Shown: positions 13,315 through 23,680 of the stretch, in pieces
Layout of the letters: every line of letters starts with the position of its first letter
How positions within the stretch are numbered: the first letter of the stretch is position 1
Source: Podarcis filfolensis
Taxonomy: Eukaryota
Assembly (NCBI GenBank): GCA_964270895.1
Contig: OZ185435.1
DNA: 64,000 nt
Reading direction: 5' to 3' (one strand)
Position numbers and translations under genes: made by a program
The notes under the pieces: generated by a model
What the model was told of the DNA's origin: nothing
Databases searched by the model: none
What the model saw: the letters and a program-made list of their open reading frames with translations, nothing else

Positions 13315-13772
13315 GTAGCCATTTTCTTTCCTGGGTTTGACTCTACTTATGAGAAGTATATGAAATCATGGTCCTATATTTTCTGTTGGTTGAAAAATCT
13401 CCCAAGTTGCAAGTATGTTCAATGGTAGATTCATGCCAATGTTATATTTTGTATAGAGCTGGTGTTTATGGGGTCTAGCATAGTGTTGTTAGGTCCTGTG
13501 TTCAGAACGTTTTGACTGCATACTGGAACCACTAAATATATGGTGTGCTATCTAAAATACCCTTGAACTGTAAACAAGTGCCTATATTTCTTTTCCTTCC
13601 TAAACAATTATATGTACAACTACTGGCCCTATTCATTTGTGAAAGAAGGAAGAATATGCGCAGTAAAAAAACTAGTGCTCTTCTGATCTCACCCTTGTGG
13701 TGCAATTTAATGGGGCAAGATACAGGTATTCTAAATAGTACTTACTCTCATAGTTGCAAGAATACAGTAGTT

Positions 13773-13870
13773 AATAATAATAATAATAAATTTTTAATAT
13801 GCTGCCCATCTGACTGGTTGCCCCAGCTATTCTGAGTGGCTTCCAACAAATTAAAACACAATACAACATC
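13773..13870 (-). mobile_element. L2 LINE 3' end fragment
   Basis: Reverse-complement similarity to the 54580-54650 tail; (AAT)n. Confidence 0.6.
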
Positions 13871-14428
13871 TAACTTGAGTGGAAATATTTAACCAAAGGA
13901 AGTGGGTGAAATTAATATAATGAAAGCGCATTTGCAGTTCCAGTGAGAGAGAAATGCTAGGCATCAAAAGAGACTGCACAAGGAGCTTTGAGGTCAGATT
14001 TCGAATGCTATGGATGTTTTTGTTTCTTTAAAGGATACATAAATTTTGCTAAAATTCTGTTTTAGAGACTACCGTGATTAAAGAATATTCCAATTCTTGA
14101 AGCAAACAAATGCAAAATAATTAATGTTTAGAAATATTTGCCTTGCAGTTTTTTAATATTAAGAGCTGTATCCAACACGCAATGAGCAAACACAGTAGAT
14201 TTCAGTTCACACAACAAACAGAGCTCCTGCAATGATATTTGGTCTTTCTTTCCTCCCCTCCTGCTACCTATGTGCCTTCAAGATCCGTTCCAGAGTGCTG
14301 GGGAGTGCTCTGGAACAATTCTGGGGACATTACAGGGGTGAGGGGAGAAAGGTTTACGTCAGTTGCCTTGTGCAATGTTAGATTCCACCCAGTGTCTACA
14401 GTGTTGAAGGAATATTTCATAACCATTA

Positions 14429-14669
14429 CAGTGGTACCTCGGGTTACATACGCTTCAGGTTACATACGCTTCAGGTTACAGACTCTGCTAACCCAGAAAT
14501 ATTACCTCGGGTTAAGAACTTTGCTTCAGGATGAGAACAGAAATCGTGCTCCGGCGGCACAGCGGCAGCAGGAGGTCCCATTAGCTAAAGTGGTCTTCAG
14601 GTTAAGAACAGTTTCAGGTTAAGAACGGGCCTCTGGAACGAATTAAGTACTTAACCTGAGGTACCACTG
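14429..14669. mobile_element. Tc1/mariner-type MITE (family A, copy 1)
   Basis: TA TSD; TIR CAGTGGTACCTCGGGTTA / TAACCTGAGGTACCACTG; internal 16-bp duplication. Confidence 0.9.
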
Positions 14670-14932
14670 TATATGCCAGTATCAGACATTTAGCTGCTTC
14701 ATACCTTCCGTATTTACAGTCCCATCTGTATTTGGTGCAGAACAATACAAACTGTTGACAATGTATAAAACACTTCATTTGATACTAATTTTAATCAAGT
14801 GGCAATGCAGTCCCAACATTTATTTCTAAGCTTCAGTAGTATGCAGTACAGGAACCACACTTGAAAGAAATTGTATTTTATATATATTGTCAACTTTTTA
14901 ATGACTCATAACTTTGCTTTCCCCCCCTACAG

Positions 14933-15108
14933 ATGTCCTTGTCTGGAGCAATGACAGAATGATTCATTGGGTGGTGTCGATTGGTCTCAAAGAATATGCA
15001 AACAACCTTATAGAAAGTGGAGTTCATGGCGCACTTGTGGCCTTAGATGAAACTTTTGATTACAATGCATTAGCTCTTTCTCTACAAATTCCCACTCAAA
15101 ATACGCAG
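14933..15108 (+). CDS. PPFIA1: PPFIA1 exon [22 protein letters not shown]...IPTQNTQ (SAM3)
   Basis: ctacag|AT ... CAG|gtaata; 176 nt, phase 1 to 0. Confidence 0.96.
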
Positions 15109-15389
15109 GTAATAATGAAGAAATAATTTGATGGGGATGATTCTTATTCATTATCAGAATACAACACTGAATAAGAATTTGTAGTGTGTGGCCTATTTTA
15201 ACCCTGAAATACTGTATTGGTGTCAAAGAGCATAATGAATCTGTGGGATTGAGATTTAACGTTTTTTAAGGCAGAAGTGGGAAGCATATGTTGACTCTAG
15301 GTGCCAGATATTGAATATCTTATACATATAGATTTTCCAACTGTAACCCAAAAGTTTGAAATAAGTTTTGCTAATTCTTGTTCACTTAG

Positions 15390-15458
15390 GCTCGTGCTGT
15401 GCTGGAACGAGAGTTCAACAACCTTCTAGTTATGGGCACAGACAGGAGGTTTGATGAA
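15390..15458 (+). CDS. PPFIA1: PPFIA1 exon ARAVLEREFNNLLVMGTDRRFDE
   Basis: cttag|GCT ... GAA|gtgagt; 69 nt, phase 0/0. Confidence 0.95.
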
Positions 15459-16869
15459 GTGAGTATTTTGGTTTTTAGTTCTATGATTCCATCCAGACTT
15501 CTTATTTGTACATACAGCCACCACGAGTTAATGAAATCCTGCAGCAAACCTTGGGCTCAATTATGGGGGCTTTTAACTGGAGTGTGTTTTTGGACTCCCC
15601 CTCCTGCGCATTCACTGCCAAGAGATGCAGTCAAGGGGCTCCTAGACAAGTAAGAAGATAATCTTTCCCCCCCTCTGGTGTCACAGCACTAAGATTAAGA
15701 ACAGTTTTCCTGTGCAGGCAGCTGACTCACTGAGATCAAAGATATTTCCACTATTGATCAGTTTCTTTGTTTTAAATTTTAGGAACGGAGTTCTGTATAA
15801 CCATTTATTCACTATTAGATGTTCAGCGTTTATAAATCACCAAGAACCTTTCACTACTCCCCACTTTATGGTTGTACGGTATTCAATATAGCACTACGGT
15901 GAACATTCCGTCAGGGCAAGGATTTATTCTTGTGCAGCAGAATATGTCCTGTCCACCTCCACCCCACCAGTGTGAGCAGATTTTAAGGGTGGCACAGGCT
16001 GCATGCAGGGAGGAGGAGTGGGGGGGGGCTGTTAATCCTTGCACTAGTTAGTGCAGAACTGCCTGTACTGTATTGGCTGTGCTTCATTTTAACATAGGTT
16101 TGCTCTGTTCTATCTCACTAGAAGCAAGTAACTCTAGTCCTCTAATGAGGTTTCCCAGTAAGCTCCACAAACTCTGCAGTGCAGATTCTTGTGCAAACTG
16201 CACCACAAGTGAGAGAAAACAGTGTCTCTTCTAAGCTCTCTGCACATTCTGGAGGTCTCAGGAGAGACAGAATCTTGTTTCACTTGCAGGGAGGCTTGGG
16301 TAAGTTAAGGAACAGGAAGGACTCCAGCTGTTTTCTTATTGAAATTTCCGTGCAACTGACAAAAATCTCCACCTCTCATTGAAGCCATTTGTTCTCACTG
16401 CATTTAGGAAGCTTGGGGGTGAAAGTGGAGCTCCTTCTGACATGAATAGCAGTTTGAAAAAAGGGGGGAAGCAGGGAAATTTCTGTAGGTTCCGTTTTTC
16501 TTTTCATGCCACAGTGCAACTGAGAGGAAATGCCTCTGCCAATGTCCTCTCTGCATGTGCCAGAAGATTTGGTTTGTGGAGGGAATTGAGGTTAATGAGG
16601 ACAGATAGAAGTTTGGTAAGCCGTCAATATTTGTTGATCCCTATTTTAACATAGGAGATTTAAGACGTTTAAGTAGAGTTTTCCATCCTCTTGTTATAGC
16701 TCTGCATTTGCTGTACCATGTTGGGCAGTGATCATGGCATGTTTTGTTCTTTGGATAAGTGTCAGGCAACTTGTAGTAAGAACTATGCCTCCTCTCTGTG
16801 TTGTCCTAGTGGGAATTGTCACCACACTTGCTCTGCTAAAGCATAGGGAGAAAGTGGATAGAGACATGT

Positions 16870-17140
16870 TTTTCTGCCTCTCATAATACTAGAAAACTGG
16901 GTCATCCAACAAAGCCGAAGATTCGGGACAAGCAAAACGAAGTACTTCTTCATACAGCGTACAGCTGAACTACGAAATTCACTGTGGAGTGAATATAAGT
17001 TGCTAGGAATCACAAGTGGGAAAGAGTGCTGTTGAACTCAGGTTCTGCTTCTGGCCTTCCTTTAGGCATCTTGTTGACTGCTGTGAGAACAGGATGATGG
17101 ACTAGATGGGCTTTTGACCTGATACAGCAGGTCTCTTACA
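16870..17140 (+). mobile_element. CR1 LINE 3' fragment
   Basis: Degenerate RKYFFTQR..WNSL-like coding remnant and a ggactagatgggc...ctgat tail. Confidence 0.6.
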
Positions 17141-18624
17141 ATCTCAGGACATGTGCCATTAAATGCATCTGCATGCCACTTCTGTGTATTCAGGGAACAA
17201 GCCCTTCAAGTATAAGAGTAGCTTGAGGAATTTATCTCAAATGTGTACTAGTGAATCTGTTTCCCACTGCAACCCTGGCTGTCTTCTGCTGTTTTCAGTC
17301 CAGTAGAGCTGGTCCAAAGTAGCACACTAACCAAAACACAAAAACGGTCAGGTGTGAATAATTTTTGGATCGTTTAGTTTAGGTGGCAAAGTGCCCACTT
17401 ACCATGGGGGAGCAATGGAGATGAGGTCAGGGCTTTTCTAGAACTGAGGTTTGATGATGGTTATGCAGCACTGGAAAGAACTGAGCAGTCATATAATCAA
17501 GTAAGCCTTGATTTTAAAAAAGCAGACTAAACATATAAGAGTGAACAGGGACAAATGGAAAGGTCAAATTTTATAAGTGTTGGTTCATTGTTGTTCAGTA
17601 TCTCAACAGAACAGAGCACAATATACACCCTCCAACCCCTCTTGGAGATCTATGGATGCTATCCCTGGCTTGCTTTGTTTATGAGACAGCTGAGTTTCTG
17701 TAAATTGTACTCCTTCTCAATGAGTTTAAATAGTTTCTTGATTTTATGTCAAAAAGGATGATTAACTATTGAAAGGCTTCCTAGAGGGAGAGCACAAGAG
17801 GGTGAGGAGGAGGAGTTGTGGGATGAATGGTACAGCTGTGCACTGTAGCTTTCTGCTTCTGAGAAGAGAGCTGGTCGGAGGGGAATTCACAGAAGGAAAA
17901 GGCTTAAAAAAGAAGAAATATAACATCACCTTGTCTTTCCTTCCTTACGTTCTGTTGGAAATGCCAAAGAAGGTGATGGTGATTCAGTGAGGTACAGGAC
18001 AGACCAGGAGGGCACTTGCAAACTGGGTGAGGGACAAGGGATACTCAGGGGAAAGGGGAGTGGTCAGTGCCAAAGGGAACTCAAATTCAAGGGAATTCCA
18101 GCATTCCAGAGCTGTTAAGGCTGAATGGAAAGAGGCTTGATTGAACGAAAGGGTAGCCTTGCAAAGGGAATTTCCAGGCACACAAAAAGGAAAGCCAACT
18201 GTCTTGTTTGTCCTTGTTTAACAAAAAGGTAGTAAGCTTTTCATGGTTGTTGTTGTTGTTGTTGTTTTGAAGTTCAGTTTACAATACAGCTTGTGTTGTT
18301 TATTTCTCAGGGCTGTAGGTAGCCAATTAATAGGCAGTACAGTGATTGAATTAGAACCATAGGAGAACTGTAGTCCTGGAGATCTCAAGCTATTTGAATC
18401 ACTCTCTCGTCCACATCAATGAGAATTTTGTGGGAAACTCACAGCTTGATTTGTCTGTCCAGCTAAATTTTTGCTTAGCTTATTTTCTCAGACAAAGCAA
18501 AAAGGAAACTGTTCAATGTACACAAAATGGCAACAGAATTGCCCTTCTCACAAAAGGCTGCAGAAACGTTTCTTTTCTGCATTAATTTGGAATTCAGTAC
18601 TGAATATTTGTAATTAATGTAATA

Positions 18625-18850
18625 CAGTGGTACCTCGGGTTACATACGCTTCAGGTTACAGACTCCGCTAACCCAGAAATAGTGCTTCAGGTTAAGAACT
18701 TTGCTTCAGGATGAGAGCAGAAATCGTGCTCCGCCGGCGTGGCAGCAGCAGGAGGCCCCATTAGCTAAAGTGGTGCTTCAGGTTAAGAACAGTTTCAGGT
18801 TAAGAACGGACCTCCAGAACGAATTAAGTACTTAACCCGAGGTACCACTG
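18625..18850. mobile_element. Tc1/mariner-type MITE (family A, copy 2)
   Basis: TA TSD; TIR CAGTGGTACCTCGGGTTA / TAACCCGAGGTACCACTG; highly similar to the 14429 copy. Confidence 0.92.
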
Positions 18851-19181
18851 TATCTGCTAAAATTGCTTATTGTATTGCATAGTTTCAAATTCCTATTAGA
18901 TGGGGGAAAGATGAGTAAACTTCTTTCCTTCAGAGACTGACAGTCATGGGAATAGATAGTCTTTGAAAAGGATGCATGAATATTGGATTTTTATACATCA
19001 CCAATAAAACAATCAGCAACGTGCAAAATATGTGGTTCCAAAGCATCTAAAAATCTAAACCAAAGCACAATGTTCTGAGCCCTCTTGAATATTATGGTTG
19101 TGTTGTATATTAATCATATATTAAAGTGTATTGCCTTTGTTTTTTCATGCTCAATCTTTGTTACACTTGTTAACTTGATAG

Positions 19182-19347
19182 GATGATGACAAAAGCTTTA
19201 GACGAGCACCTTCATGGAGGAAGAAGTTTAGACCAAAGGACATCCGGGGTTTAGCAGCTGGATCAGCAGAGACTCTCCCTGCAAACTTCAGAGTTAACAC
19301 CTCAATGTCTTCACCTTCTATGCAGCCAAAGAAGATGCAAATTGATG
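19182..19347 (+). CDS. PPFIA1: PPFIA1 exon DDDKSFRRAPSWRKKFRPKD...PKKMQID
   Basis: gatag|GAT ... GATG|gtaatg; 166 nt, phase 0 to 1. Confidence 0.95.
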
Positions 19348-20154
19348 GTAATGTAGTGCTTATTTTTTTTTTTAAGCATGATGATGATTTATGCCTGAGG
19401 TTGTGAGTGTAATCATCTGCTTTCTTTGTATGGGGAGTGGGGAGGACTTAACCCTGTGCATGACTTTCAGTAATGCTTTAATTTGTCAGTGAATGATGGC
19501 AGCATTAGTAATACAATTTAAGCATTAATAACTGTTCACTTTCTGTGAGACCTAATGAAGCAAACTTTAGGATTGCTTTCAAATGATTTAGAAATCTTTA
19601 AAAAAAAAATTATCTCTGTGTGGTAATGGAACACATCTGAATCTATTATCCATGTAGCACATAATGCAATATTGTTGCATGCAATCCACAAAGTATTATT
19701 GCTGTACATAATCCAGTTTCAGCTGAGCTTATATGGTGTTCTGCTCCAGTCCTCTTGGTGGATAGGTATTATTCAGCAGCTGTAAGTGGTAGATTCCACC
19801 AGCTATGCAGGTCTTACCAGTAAAAACCTGATTCCTTAACAAAGGGTGGGGAGTCTCTGGCCCAGATGCACTCTCTCAGTAAATGTCATTAGCCAAGACA
19901 ACCAAGGCAGTTTCAGTGATGTGACCAGGGCTAAAGTCAGATTGGAATGGATGCAAGTAATCAGCTTTATCCAAGCATTCCTAAGGCTGGGCCACCATCA
20001 CCTTCTCAAACACCTTGCTCCAAAATGGTATATTTGCCACTGGGCAATAGTTTTAATACTTCTGGGTCCAGGGAGGTCGTCTTAATGAAGGGACGCACAG
20101 CTGCCTCCCTCAGGGCAGATGGGACACCTGCTATAGTGCCATCTCTCATGTTTT

Positions 20155-20290
20155 ATAGAATTGTAGAGTTGTAAGTGACCAAGAGAGTCATCTAGCTCAA
20201 CTCTCTGCAATGCAGGAATCTTTCGCCCAATGTGGAGCTCAAACCCATAATCCTGAAATTCAGAGTCTCCTACTCTACTGACTGAGCTGT
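20155..20290 (-). mobile_element. Short tRNA-head SINE with CR1-like tail
   Basis: atagaattgtagagttg... CR1-type tail complement plus a tRNA-like head complement (ctctactgactgagct). Confidence 0.55.
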
Positions 20291-20942
20291 CCCCTTTCCT
20301 TGACCTCTCTTCATTTTGGTTAGTTCTTTTATGGGCTATGCTAGTCAGGTATATGGAGAGGAACTGTGTCAGTATTGGCACAGGAGCATAAGGCTAGGGT
20401 TCACCTGACCTTAAACACCTAAGTGAGAGGCTGCCATGTGAATATAGCTAGCACGAGGCTTATAAATTCATGACCCCAGGCACCACATTGAATGCTGCTC
20501 TAGGAATAAAGCTGTTAAAGAACCTAGGAAGCTGTCTTACACTAATTCAGAGCATTGGCCCATTAGTATTGCTTCCAATTCCTGAGGCCCTCTGCGCACA
20601 AAGTGTGTGTTCTGACATTGAGCTATGACACTTTTTCCAAATTTGTGATTGGGGTGTGTGGTTCTTTTGACCTACTTAGGAGAATGGAAAGTATATGCTG
20701 GTGTAGTTTGGTGGGCTGCAGCCAATTTGACAATTAACGGTGGCCCTCAATATGCACAAGGTTTTCCCATCCTTTTCATAAAGTGGCTTACAAATACAAA
20801 GTAGTGAATATGTAGCCAATTACTTTACATTCTGCGTAGCTAACATTTTGTAACTTTATGTTGTTAGTGTAACTGCATTGATACGTGATTCTAATACTAA
20901 CTGCATGCTGTGTTCTGCATGTCTTCCTGATTGTTGGAATAG

Positions 20943-21001
20943 GCAATGTATCAGCAACACAAAGATTGGATTCTGCTACAGTAAGGACTTACTCATGTTA
21001 A
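20943..21001 (+). CDS. PPFIA1: PPFIA1 last coding part GNVSATQRLDSATVRTYSC*; the exon continues to 21013 as UTR
   Basis: gaatag|GC...TAA, then donor TTG|gtaagt at 21013/21014; liprin-alpha C-terminal PDZ-binding tail. Confidence 0.95.
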
Positions 21002-22287
21002 AGCCTTTTATTGGTAAGTAACAGTGATAGCCTCATTGTGGTGCATTGATGTTTTTAAAGTTACAGTATACAAATATAGGAACACATTCTTGACATCTTT
21101 CTGGTTGCTGTCTGTGGCATGCTGAAGTCCACATTGATTCGGAAGATGTCCCCCAGAACCACAAACTGCTGTCCAGCCCTATGAATTTAGAAAGCAGTTT
21201 TGTGATTCAGCCAAGCAGCTGTAAAAAGGAAGTTAGTGAAATAGTCCATATACAGCACCAATATATAATCCCCCTTTGAACAGCTGTCATACCTAGTCCC
21301 CAAACTACTTTTTAAACTCCGTAATTTAGACATAAGTTTGAATTCTGTGGGGACACCTTTTGAAAGGCTCTGTGCACAGGAGTCATACCCCCTTCTGTAT
21401 GTCTTTGTGAAATGGGCAGTGTATAAATATTTTAAATCAATCTACATTAGATAAATGTAAAAAAATAAATATTTTCATGCGCTGATAACTGTACTTTCAG
21501 CACCTGGCTTTCTACTTTGTTTTTGGAAGATTGAAAAGGGGGAACTTTTATGTAATATGCAAATAACTTGTATTGGGGTTTGTAGTATTATAAGTACAAA
21601 TACATCTGTATACGTCAAAATTTTTATTCTGTTGTACTGGGTAAGTGAATGAACAAAAAGTCATTCAGGATGCTGCTCCCTACCTTTTAAAATTCTGTCC
21701 AACCCTTAAGGACTATAATCCTGCTTTAAGGAATAAAGGCTGCCTTCATGGACGTTACCAAGGGAAGGCAGGGGGGCAGCCTGGCTACGCCCATGGCTAG
21801 ATCAAGTAAATAGTTTGTTTTTTGATTAAAATATGTATGCCTTAATTATATCTTTGGAGAGACAGTGCATGGGAATACGTAACATTTTATTGTATATAAG
21901 ACCGATTTATAAAATATTCTTGTTCTTCGAAAGGAAGTGCTTTACAGCTAGTTGTACATCTGGTGCAGTTGCACTCGTGGGACCGAGAGGAGTAGCCCAC
22001 TGGTGCTGTGACACTTCTGAGTAAAGTCATTTCATACAACTGATCAGCTTTTGGATGTAGAGGAAAAGAGAAGTCTGGGCAGAGTTTGGTTTCCCCCCTT
22101 CCTTTGCCTAACAGCCAGTTGGCACTGTGACAGGCTTTTACTGCCTCCCTTTGATTGAGGCTGTGAAGAGAGAGTAAAACTGCATGTAGTCTCCTCTCTG
22201 TGCTTGTCATTCCTTGGATCAGAGAGATGGTGCATACGTTTTCCTGACTTGACTTCTGCAACTAACTGAGTCTTACTTTATTTTCAG

Positions 22288-23680
22288 TTTATCCCCACTA
22301 TTTCTACAGATGACCTGAAACATTTTGAATCAAAGACCGTATTTTGGAAACAATTCAAATCTTTAATCTTGTTAATACTTGCTAAATCAACACTTTGAAA
22401 TATTTTATTACAGAGTTTTTAATTAGATGAATTTGTGAGTACTATAGAGAAAGTATTTTAGACTTAAATGTTTCTTATATTTATGTAAGTGTGAGTCTTA
22501 TTACTTACCTTTGTATTCAGTCTATAAATCAAATTACTGCCGATTTGTTAATTTTAGTCTCTTCAACTGAATGTACTGTAATGCTTGTATGTATCTAGCC
22601 CTATAAGCAATGTAGGGTTTTTGTAAATTATACAGTTATTGTAATTATCAGTAATAAGTTTTTAATAATAAACACAGGTGAAAAGGATTTTACTATCTTT
22701 GTAAAGGTATCCTGACTCAAGCAGTATATATATTTTGCCATTTGGAAAATGCTAGCTAGTTCTAAAATGTTAAATAAATCCCATTTTTTTTCAGAGAAGC
22801 ATATGTTTATTAATAAAGTGGGCATGGCACCTGCTTCTATTTCCGTTCATAACTCTACTTTTTCCACCTAGCATATGATTTTAATGTGGATTTATTTAAG
22901 TCTTCTGTTCAATATAACTTGCTTTAAATGAAATTCTAAAATGTGGGATTTATTTGAATACTATGAAATGTGTGTGAGACCTGGTGAGCTCATTTATAAC
23001 TACTTTTTTGTGGCTATATTTGTACAGTCTATGTTCATTGACTGAGCATAAGCCATAAGCGGAAATATTTTCTCTTAACTGAGGATAGCTCCTAATAGTA
23101 CTCAATAGGCAACGAAGTGCTCTCCTGTATTTTGATGTGAAACTGTTTTTCAGAAAAATACTGATGCAATTCTTCTAAGTGGACCAATCATGATGCGCAA
23201 CTGTCTCATGACGAATATGCTGATGGCCCATGAGGCTAAAGCGTGTAGTAGTGCAACTATTAAAAAGGCCTTATTTTTCTTACGCCATCTTTTGCATATA
23301 TTTATAAACTTGTTTTAAATTCTGGACAAAAAATTAATTGTTAATAGCATTAGCCATTTCAACCAATATAAGTAGAAAATGCATCATTCTTTTTTTAAAT
23401 AGCATCTTTAAGAGGCCAGCGAGGAATGAGTTCAGATTATGGTGCATTATTTATTATGCAATAATATATACAGCATGTCTCTTTCTGTTTTGGTTTTGGC
23501 TCTTTTTAATTGTACGACTGAAATTCATTGTTACTGTTTTGTTGTTTTTTCTATTAATCTTTTATGTGTACTTCTGATTATGTAACAAAATATGTACAGA
23601 CTAAGTACTTTTGAACTATTTTTATCACAGTATTATTTATTGCTTTCTTTCAATAAAGTACTGAAGCATTTTTTTCCACT
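22288..23680 (+). other. PPFIA1: PPFIA1 terminal exon (3' UTR; codes VYPHYFYR* at 22288-22313 if the 20943-21013 exon is skipped)
   Basis: Branch-like ACTAAC at 22261, acceptor ttttcag|, AU-rich body, AATAAA at 23652; 3' end approximate. Confidence 0.8.
23652..23657 (+). terminator. PPFIA1: PPFIA1 polyadenylation signal AATAAA
   Basis: AATAAA ends the U/A-rich UTR with U-rich upstream elements; a proximal AATAAA also occurs at 22812. Confidence 0.75.
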
